The notes beneath the pieces are model-generated. The model was not told the origin of the DNA and ran no database searches. It saw only the letters and a list, made by a program, of their open reading frames with translations. A stretch of 64,000 nt of DNA from an uncultured Arenicella sp. (GTDB lineage: Bacteria > Pseudomonadota > Gammaproteobacteria > Arenicellales > Arenicellaceae): contig CALJJR010000028.1 of the NCBI GenBank assembly GCA_937973905.1, positions 11,675 to 75,674 on the forward strand, in the 5' to 3' direction. Within the stretch, counting starts at the first letter, position 1; each line of letters begins with the position of its first letter. Position numbers and translations under genes: made by a program. Of this stretch, positions 41,649-49,121 are shown piece after piece.

Positions 41649-43280
41649 CTAGACAGGCTGTTTCTCGAATCTTAGCTGCTCACGTAGTTCGTTTTTCTTG
41701 ATCTTTCCTGTTGTTGTTTTTGGGAGTTCCATAAAAACGATTTTTTTCGGTCTTTGAAACCGAGCGAGGTTTTTTGCCGCATGCTCGAGTAGCTCTTTCT
41801 CTGTTGCTGTCGCACCCGCGGCCAATTCAACAAAAGCACATGGCACTTCGCCCCACTTTTCGTCTGGCATGGCAACCACGGCGGCTATAGCTACGCTGGG
41901 ATGAGAATAAAGCGCCTTCTCAACTTCGATAGACGAGATATTCTCCCCGCCAGAGATAATAATATCTTTAGCTCGGTCACGGATTTCGATATAGCCGTCT
42001 GGGTGCTGAACTGCAATGTCGCCCGACCAAAACCAGCCATCCTTAAAGGCTTTTCTGGTTTCTTCCACTTGCTTTAAATATCCCTTCATAACGATATTGC
42101 CGCGAAATACGATTTCACCCGAAGTTGCGCCATCCCACGGCACAGGTTGACCAGTCTCAGGATTCAATACCAACACATCTTCTTCTAATTCGTAAGCCAC
42201 CCCTTGCCTCGCCTTCAGTACTGCTTGTTTCTGTAGAGGAAGCTCTTTCCAAACTGGCTTTTCTGCACACACCACCGCTGGGCCATAAACCTCGGTTAAG
42301 CCGTACACATGAGTCACCGAAATACCCATAGACTCCATTTTTTCGATAACGCTTGCAGGTGGTGGAGCCGCGGCGGTCATCATTTTGATTTGTTGCGAAA
42401 ACTCTTGTCGTTCATTATCTGCAGCACCCGAGATCATTGACATAATGATCGGTGCTCCACAGAGGTGAGTCACGCCATCGTTAGCGAACGCATCGTAGAT
42501 CGCATCTGCTCGCGGCGTGCGCATAAAAACATGGGTTCCAGCCAGTAATGTAATCGTCCAAGGAAAGCACCATCCGTTGCAATGAAATAATGGCAAGGTC
42601 CATAGGTACACGGGGTGGTGAGGCATTTCCCAAGTCACTACATTGTTAACCGCATTGGTCCAGGCCCCACGATGCGAATAGACGACGCCTTTTGGCTTAC
42701 CCGTGGTGCCTGAGGTGTAATTCAAGGCCAGAGCATCCCATTCATCATCGGGCAAATGTGGGGTGAACTCAGTGTTACCCTCACTCAGCAATTCTTCATA
42801 TGTGAGAGAACCAATTTTCTCGCCACCTGGGCCTTCCGGATCTTCGATATCGACAATCAATAGCTCTCGACCGGAAAGCTTGACTGCCTGTTCAGCCATT
42901 TCTGAAAACTCAGTATCAACGAGCAATACCTTAGCCTCACCGTGTTCAAGAATGTAGGCGATGGTCTTGGCATCAAGACGAACATTGTTCGCATTCAGCA
43001 CCGCTCCGATCATTGGCAAGGCAAGCGCGCATTCGAGTGCTTCTGGAATATTTGGCGCAATCAATGCCACGGTATCGCCCTTATTGACGCCACGATGCCC
43101 GAGAGCTGAAGCCAATCGTTTGCACCGCTTGGCTACCTCACCCCAAGATCGACGTATTCTTCCGTGTACTTGCGCGGGCAGTTCTGGGTGAACGCGTTCC
43201 ACACGCTTAAGAATTGAAACGGGCGACAGCGCGGTAAAGTTCGCATCACAGCGCGCCAACTCGGGCCCGTTGTACATCAT
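41649..43280 (-). CDS. Acyl-CoA synthetase (AMP-binding, medium-chain/AAE-like)
   Basis: YTSGTTGKPKG, LPLFHCNGW, YGLTE, SGD, DRAKDIIISGGENISS, PKTTTGK. Start refined to overlap the upstream stop. Confidence 0.92.
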   Translation of the reverse strand: MMYNGPELARCDANFTALSPVSILKRVERVHPELPAQVHGRIRRSWGEVAKRCKRLASALGHRGVNKGDTVALIAPNIPEALECALALPMIGAVLNANNVRLDAKTIAYILEHGEAKVLLVDTEFSEMAEQAVKLSGRELLIVDIEDPEGPGGEKIGSLTYEELLSEGNTEFTPHLPDDEWDALALNYTSGTTGKPKGVVYSHRGAWTNAVNNVVTWEMPHHPVYLWTLPLFHCNGWCFPWTITLLAGTHVFMRTPRADAIYDAFANDGVTHLCGAPIIMSMISGAADNERQEFSQQIKMMTAAAPPPASVIEKMESMGISVTHVYGLTEVYGPAVVCAEKPVWKELPLQKQAVLKARQGVAYELEEDVLVLNPETGQPVPWDGATSGEIVFRGNIVMKGYLKQVEETRKAFKDGWFWSGDIAVQHPDGYIEIRDRAKDIIISGGENISSIEVEKALYSHPSVAIAAVVAMPDEKWGEVPCAFVELAAGATATEKELLEHAAKNLARFQRPKKIVFMELPKTTTGKIKKNELREQLRFEKQPV

Positions 43281-44077
43281 TTGCCTTGCCAATCTGGCAT
43301 TGGCTCCTTGCGGGTAAAAGCACCAATGCCCGCTTCGGCATCTTGGGCCATCATATTTTCTGCCATGGTGCGCCCAGCAAAGTCATAGGCCTCTTCAAGG
43401 GTCATCTCAGCTTGTTCGTAAAACGCGCGCTTGCCAATCTTGACTGCGGCTGCGGATTTGTCTGCAATGATGCGCGCCATTTGCATACTTGCTGTTTCAA
43501 GTTCATCGAGTTCAACCACACTGTTGATCAGGCCCATTTCCGCAACGCGTTGTGCGGGTAAGAACTCGCCGAGTAGTAGCATTTCCATCGCTTGTTTGCG
43601 GGCAATATTCCGACTCAAGGCCACCATTGGCGTTGAGCAAAACAATCCTATGTTGACTCCTGAAGTCGCGAACTTTGCGTTATCCGCAGCCACGGCCAAA
43701 TCACAGGTAGCCACTAACTGACAACCCGCAGCTGTAGCGATTCCCTTTACTTCAGCTATGACGGGTTGTGGCAGTCGTACGATGCGCAACATCATGGCGG
43801 AGCATTGTGCGAATAGGTCTTGATAGTATTGAAACCCACCGTCCTCGTCATCACGCCGCGAGGTCATCTCTTTTAAATTGTGTCCGGCACAAAAATGATT
43901 GCCCGCACTGCGCAAAATTACTGCTTTCACAGAGTCATCTGCGGCAATTGAATCGAAAGATTCGGACAAAGCCGTGAGCATCGCCTCAGACAGGGCGTTG
44001 ATGGTTTGTGGCGCGTTAAGTGTTAATACACAAACGCCTTCAATATCGGATCGCGTAACAAGTTCTGCGTTTGCCAT
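43277..44077 (-). CDS. Enoyl-CoA hydratase/isomerase (ECHDC3-like)
   Basis: FCAGHNLKEM, ATAAGCQLVATCDL, GVNIGLFCSTP. Confidence 0.9.
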   Translation of the reverse strand: MANAELVTRSDIEGVCVLTLNAPQTINALSEAMLTALSESFDSIAADDSVKAVILRSAGNHFCAGHNLKEMTSRRDDEDGGFQYYQDLFAQCSAMMLRIVRLPQPVIAEVKGIATAAGCQLVATCDLAVAADNAKFATSGVNIGLFCSTPMVALSRNIARKQAMEMLLLGEFLPAQRVAEMGLINSVVELDELETASMQMARIIADKSAAAVKIGKRAFYEQAEMTLEEAYDFAGRTMAENMMAQDAEAGIGAFTRKEPMPDWQGK

Positions 44078-44593
44078 AAGTTTTCTAGCACCTGTGATTT
44101 AGGATAATTCTTGGTCTCTCATAATGTAATAAACAGTACTCAATGTGAATAGTACTGCAGCGACTCTTAACGCTGCGAAAACACTGAGAACTAAACCATG
44201 CCGCGCTGGCGCATCCTCCTCAGTCTTGGATTGGGTCACTCAATACGAAAGCTCCTAAAGCCAGTGATCGACATTAATCGCCCTAAAACTCCGAGCTTAA
44301 CAAGCTCTGCTAAAGGCTTTTTGTGCAGATGGGCAGGCCTGCAATAGTGACAAAAAGGAAGAAAGGCTTAAAATTTTGAGGGAACGAGACACAACATTCG
44401 ACTTCGAAAAGGATGGCTCGCAGTCATAGCGCATCCCCGGTGTCAAAACTCTCATGCGGTCGTTGCTGATAATTTTATCACCTGTGATCTCGTTCCATCA
44501 GGAGCGATTGACCTATGGCGTTCAAGCAACACCGTCAGTTGTTATCATGAAAACGTGAGCGAACAGCTCGCTAACTGCGACGCGTTTGTCTGA

Positions 44594-45199
44594 TCAGAAG
44601 AGACCGTGTTGGCGAACAAACTCAAGAGCTTCTATTCGGCTTTGCACTTTAATATTCCGGAATACTGATTTCATATGAGACTTTACTGTCTCAGGCGAAA
44701 TTTCAAAGGCGGCGGCTATTTCCTTATTGGAGTAGCCCTTGGCAACAAGTAAGAGTATTTCAACTTGTCTGCGAGTAAGTCCGAATTCCGCAAAGCTTCG
44801 AGTTGTTGCTGAATGCTGCGTTTCATCCGATTGGCTGAAGTTACCGAGCAATACATCTTTGACCTTCGCCAGCAGCTCTTCGGGCTCCGCATGTTTGCTG
44901 ACAAACACACTGGCACCGGTTGCCAATGCCTGACGTTGATCTGCAGGCGAGGGCGACGCCGACACAACTATGATTGGGCATTCGATCACATCAGCAATCT
45001 TTTGGTAGGAATCAATAAACGAAAAACCCGGCACATAAAAATCTAAAACAACCAGATCTAAATGTTGGGATTTCGCAGACAGAAATTCATCTGGGGTTGA
45101 GAAACATATGACGCTGGTTTCACCGCTAAGCTCATCAAGCAATAACGCCAACCCTGAAGAGAATAACTTGTGATCGTCAACGATCGCGATCTTGGTCAC
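44594..45199 (-). CDS. NarL/LuxR-family response regulator
   Basis: IVDDH, LD phospho-site, K. C-terminal LuxR HTH LTRRQVEILLLVAKGYSNKEIA...ETVKSHM. Confidence 0.93.
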   Translation of the reverse strand: MTKIAIVDDHKLFSSGLALLLDELSGETSVICFSTPDEFLSAKSQHLDLVVLDFYVPGFSFIDSYQKIADVIECPIIVVSASPSPADQRQALATGASVFVSKHAEPEELLAKVKDVLLGNFSQSDETQHSATTRSFAEFGLTRRQVEILLLVAKGYSNKEIAAAFEISPETVKSHMKSVFRNIKVQSRIEALEFVRQHGLF

Positions 45200-45202
45200 G
45201 GT

Positions 45203-45454
45203 TCAATCGTTGTCTATTTCGTTCGAAGTAGTGCGCATTTGCACAACGTAAGCGCCTAACAAGCTGCCGACAAAAACGATGGGTAAACCAAAGATAAGCG
45301 TGAACGTCCATGCTTCTCGAGCACTGAAATCAAGCAAGGTCGTAACCGTGAATAACCCCATCGGCACAGTGACCGCGGGAACCCAATTCCAAAGGAACCG
45401 ATAGATGACCACGCCGGCTAAAAACGCCAACACAAAGAGAATTGCAAACAACAT
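45203..45454 (-). CDS. Small hypothetical membrane protein (3 TM)
   Basis: Start refined to MLFAIL. Three hydrophobic segments. Ends 3 bp before the regulator start. Confidence 0.6.
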   Translation of the reverse strand: MLFAILFVLAFLAGVVIYRFLWNWVPAVTVPMGLFTVTTLLDFSAREAWTFTLIFGLPIVFVGSLLGAYVVQMRTTSNEIDND

Positions 45455-45507
45455 TCGCCAAGTGTAACGCAATTGTGTGCTAGAGCAACGGCTGTTAGCA
45501 TACGCGA

Positions 45508-46761
45508 ATGCAAGAATCCCACGCACTGATAAGCAACGACGCCGTTATCTTCGGCTTGTTGATGGCCATCCTCGCTTTCGTTTTTAAAACGTCGAGTAGC
45601 GAGTCTCCAGGGTTTAAGAAGTTTTACAGCATCGTACCCATGTTGTTGCTGTGCTACTTCTTGCCTTCATTGTTAACCACGTTTGGCATAGTTGATGGAG
45701 AGAATTCCAAACTTTACTTTGTGGCATCGCGCTACTTGTTGCCGGCTTGTTTAATTTTATTAACCCTAAGCGTTGATCTAAAAGAGATTGCCAAACTTGG
45801 GTTTAAACCTGTGGTTATGTTTTTAACCGCAACTGTGGGCATAATCTTGGGTGGACCGCTAGCGATCTGGCTGGCAGCATTGATCAACCCTGAGTTAGTC
45901 GGTGGCGCAGGGCCTGAGGCCGTGTGGCGTGGCATGACAACCGTCGCTGGAAGCTGGATTGGCGGTGGTGCGAATCAAGCGGCAATGTATGAGGTTTTCA
46001 GTCCATCGGATACGCTGTTTGGAATCATGATTACCGTAGACATCATCGTTGCAGAAATTTGGATGGTGTTCTTGCTGCTGGGTATTGGCAAGAAAGACAA
46101 GATCGATCGCTTCTTCAAAGCCGACTCGTCCTCAGTTGACCATCTACAAACTAAAATGGAGAACTACAGCCAAAGTATTGCCCGCAATCCGACCACTTCA
46201 GATCTTATGGTCATGTTGGGCATTGCCTTTGCCGCCACGGCTTTAGCACACTTGTGCGCAGATATCCTAGCGCCATGGATACAAGAAACAGCACCTGGTC
46301 TCTCAAAATTTAGCCTCACATCCAAATTCTTTTGGCTGATCGTTATCGCCACCACCATTGGTGTGATTTTGTCTTTCACGAAGGTTCGTGAGTATGAAGG
46401 AGCCGGCGCCTCGAAGATCGGCACGGTATTTATTTTTATCCTCGTCGCAACGATTGGTATGAAAATGGATATCCGCTCACTCGCCGACCATCCGGGTTTA
46501 TTCGCCGTCGGCGGCTTATGGATGTTAATTCATATCGTGCTATTAATAATCGTCGCCAAAATTATCCGAGCACCTTACTTTTTCTTGGCGATCGGCAGTA
46601 AAGCGAATATTGGAGGCGCGGCGTCTGCACCGGTTTTGGCAGCGGCGTTTCATCCTGCGCTGGCGCCGGTGGGTGTGTTACTCGCGGTTTTTGGCTATGT
46701 GTTGGGCACCTACGGCGCCTGGCTATGCGGTCTACTCATGCAAGCCGTGGCGCCAATATAA
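45508..46761 (+). CDS. DUF819-family membrane protein
   Basis: YLLPA, GSWIGGGANQAA, GSKANIGGAASAP, GYVLGTY. Confidence 0.85.
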   Translation: MQESHALISNDAVIFGLLMAILAFVFKTSSSESPGFKKFYSIVPMLLLCYFLPSLLTTFGIVDGENSKLYFVASRYLLPACLILLTLSVDLKEIAKLGFKPVVMFLTATVGIILGGPLAIWLAALINPELVGGAGPEAVWRGMTTVAGSWIGGGANQAAMYEVFSPSDTLFGIMITVDIIVAEIWMVFLLLGIGKKDKIDRFFKADSSSVDHLQTKMENYSQSIARNPTTSDLMVMLGIAFAATALAHLCADILAPWIQETAPGLSKFSLTSKFFWLIVIATTIGVILSFTKVREYEGAGASKIGTVFIFILVATIGMKMDIRSLADHPGLFAVGGLWMLIHIVLLIIVAKIIRAPYFFLAIGSKANIGGAASAPVLAAAFHPALAPVGVLLAVFGYVLGTYGAWLCGLLMQAVAPI

Positions 46762-46818
46762 ACAGGGCTAAGAGCAAGCCGTCCAGCTTGTTCTGGTAAA
46801 GAAATCGTCCATGATCAC

Positions 46819-46849
46819 ACTCGTCAGCATGATAAACATGCCGACGAGT
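46819..46849. terminator. Stem-loop between convergent genes (possible terminator or 3' stabiliser)
   Basis: ACTCGTCAGCATG-ATAAA-CATGCCGACGAGT, 13-bp stem. No clear U tract on either strand. Confidence 0.5.
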
Positions 46850-46864
46850 AAATTCGCGTAAAGT

Positions 46865-47779
46865 CTAAGCTTTTTCTCCGCGTTTCATGCCATGCCTATT
46901 GAGCATCGAATAAAGCGTTGAACGTTTCATCTGCAACAAGCGAGCCGCCTGAGAAATGGAATCTTCGGCTTGATCAAGTTTATGCTTAAGAGCGATTTTT
47001 TCGAACTCATTGGACATCTCTTTGTAAGAGATTTGATCCATGGCGAATTTCGAAATCAAAGCCTGCACATCTCTTGCCATTCTTCTCTCTCTTGAGAACG
47101 GCAAGAAACGACGAATATCAGTAAACCCATGCTTGTCCTCGCTCTTCAATGTAATCAACAAGAACAGAGTGGTGCAAATGGGTAAAAAGCCCGCCGCGTT
47201 CAACTGATATCCAAACATCATCATTGGAATTACGATGAAACCTAAGATGACCACTGGGAATAACGCGACAAGGTTATAAAGACACTGAATCTGAGTGACA
47301 TGTTCATCCGATTTTCGATATCCATAAACCAGCGAAGTTACGATAAAAATCAGTGACAGCAAGGTGGTTAAGCTGAACACCCAATAATAGGGCCCTTGTT
47401 TCGCGGTTACTGCATAGCTAATCGGAGTGATACCAGCCACGATCAAATCAGTGACTAAGACCAAAACGGTCCCTAGGGCTAACCACAGAGTAAGCGGCAT
47501 CTGAAACTTTTTCAACGACGCCAGTTTGCTGACTTCAATGCAATACAAACACATGTAACACAATACCGCCAGCGTCGCGGCATAGTAAACGCGGAACAAA
47601 AATTCTGACATATGCCCTGAGGCGAACTGCAAGTACGCAATTACTTCCGTTGCATTATGCAGAGCAAAGACAAGCACCATGCCAGCGAAAACCCGAGAGG
47701 TCTTACTGGCATGTGCAATAAACAGAACATATACCTTGAGTGCCAGCGCAATTAAGGCTGGCATAATATAAATTGTCAT
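46865..47779 (-). CDS. 7TM (HisKA_7TM-like) membrane sensor fused to a C-terminal Fis-type HTH
   Basis: About 7 hydrophobic helices with a GPYYW loop in aa 1-210. C-terminus YKEMSNEFEKIALKHKLDQAEDSISQAARLLQMKRSTLYSMLNRHG matches HTH_8. Strong RBS AGGAGG. Confidence 0.78.
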   Translation of the reverse strand: MTIYIMPALIALALKVYVLFIAHASKTSRVFAGMVLVFALHNATEVIAYLQFASGHMSEFLFRVYYAATLAVLCYMCLYCIEVSKLASLKKFQMPLTLWLALGTVLVLVTDLIVAGITPISYAVTAKQGPYYWVFSLTTLLSLIFIVTSLVYGYRKSDEHVTQIQCLYNLVALFPVVILGFIVIPMMMFGYQLNAAGFLPICTTLFLLITLKSEDKHGFTDIRRFLPFSRERRMARDVQALISKFAMDQISYKEMSNEFEKIALKHKLDQAEDSISQAARLLQMKRSTLYSMLNRHGMKRGEKA

Positions 47780-47838
47780 TCATCCTCCTTTTTAAGTAGG
47801 GCACCAAAAGCGCCAATCTCAAGGAGAAATCAGCTCTT

Positions 47839-48879
47839 TTAACAGACCAAACCGAACTGGCATGTTGCCAAGCCAGAACCAGCGAAAAGCCCACCCACTT
47901 TGTCGCCGGGTAAAACCTTACCACTATTCATCAGAATTTCCCATCCCAGAGACATAGTTGCTGTGGTTGTGTTACCAAATTTTTCATAGGTTTTGATCAT
48001 TCGATCTTCCTGAACACCCGGCATTTGGGAAAACGCCTGAAAATTACGCTTGCCGGTTTGATGACTCAAAATCCAGTCAAACTCATCCCAACCCAGCCTG
48101 CGTAGGGTGTGATCGATGAGATTTCGATGCATTTTGATACCGTGAGCCAGTATTTTAGCCATCAGCATTTGCCCATCAATGGTGCCATCTTCGCGCACTC
48201 GGTAAATACACTTATCGATATGGGCACTGTCGGCACTGTTATTGAACAGGGTAAAGCCGGTTTCTTCAGAGGGGCCCAAAATGACCGCGCCACCTGCATC
48301 ACCGACCGACAAACCGCCGATCATGCGATTGGCTTTTTGCAAGTCTACACCTGCTTTGAGTTGATCAACGAAGGAGCGCAAAACTCGGGTAGACACTTCG
48401 CCCGTGACAACCAGCGCATTTTTTACGATGCCAGCGGAGATATAGTTGCTCGCAATCTTTAATCCGTCGACGAAACCAAGACAAGCATTAGCAACGTCAA
48501 ACACATCATCGGCATTTAAACCTAGCGCATGCTGGACGGTATGAGCGGTTGCCGGTTCCGGTTGGTCTCGCTCAATGCCGCAAAAGATGACCAGGCCAAT
48601 ATCTCGACGCCGCACACCTTCAGCATTCGCCAGTGCTTTTTCAGCAGCTGCAATCGCAAGTTCGGAGGGCTGCGTTTCTGGGCTAGACATACGTCTTTCG
48701 ATAATCCCCATGCTGTTCGACATGAAGTCGCGTGGAATACCATATTGCTGGTCCGATTTAATCTCATCGAAGAGATCATCGGATTTAACAATTTGATCAG
48801 GCAAGTGCGTACCAACGGAAATAATGGTCGCTTTGGTTTGGGTAAAACTTTTAAGTTTGAAATTTTGTGGATGTTGCAT
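47839..48879 (-). CDS. OleA-like 3-oxoacyl-ACP synthase III family condensing enzyme
   Basis: ERDQPEPATA (OleA-type Glu motif), DVANAC (Cys), VVTGE, SHQ (His), FGNT (Asn), GSG. Start refined to MQHPQ. Confidence 0.85.
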   Translation of the reverse strand: MQHPQNFKLKSFTQTKATIISVGTHLPDQIVKSDDLFDEIKSDQQYGIPRDFMSNSMGIIERRMSSPETQPSELAIAAAEKALANAEGVRRRDIGLVIFCGIERDQPEPATAHTVQHALGLNADDVFDVANACLGFVDGLKIASNYISAGIVKNALVVTGEVSTRVLRSFVDQLKAGVDLQKANRMIGGLSVGDAGGAVILGPSEETGFTLFNNSADSAHIDKCIYRVREDGTIDGQMLMAKILAHGIKMHRNLIDHTLRRLGWDEFDWILSHQTGKRNFQAFSQMPGVQEDRMIKTYEKFGNTTTATMSLGWEILMNSGKVLPGDKVGGLFAGSGLATCQFGLVC

Positions 48880-49121
48880 GTTTTTACTCGTCTTAAGGTT
48901 GGGAAGTACAAAGTATTGTGACAACAGTCAAAAAAACGCAACGTTATTAGTACAGAAATCCAGCAGTTTACGTCTCGATACAAGTATTTCCGCCATTCCC
49001 AAGACATTCTGTCCACCTCTTGGTATTGATATCGCACCAAATCACGATTTTTGAGGTATTCTTCTGGCGCAGCTTTGGGAGCTGTTTTGTAAAAATTCAT
49101 CAGAACAAGAACAAGATCAAA

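Noticed and set aside
38648-44077. DMSP demethylation (dmdB/dmdD) assignment for the acyl-CoA synthetase and ECH
   Set aside because: Only family-level motifs are visible and no dmdA/dmdC is nearby, so the substrate cannot be called.
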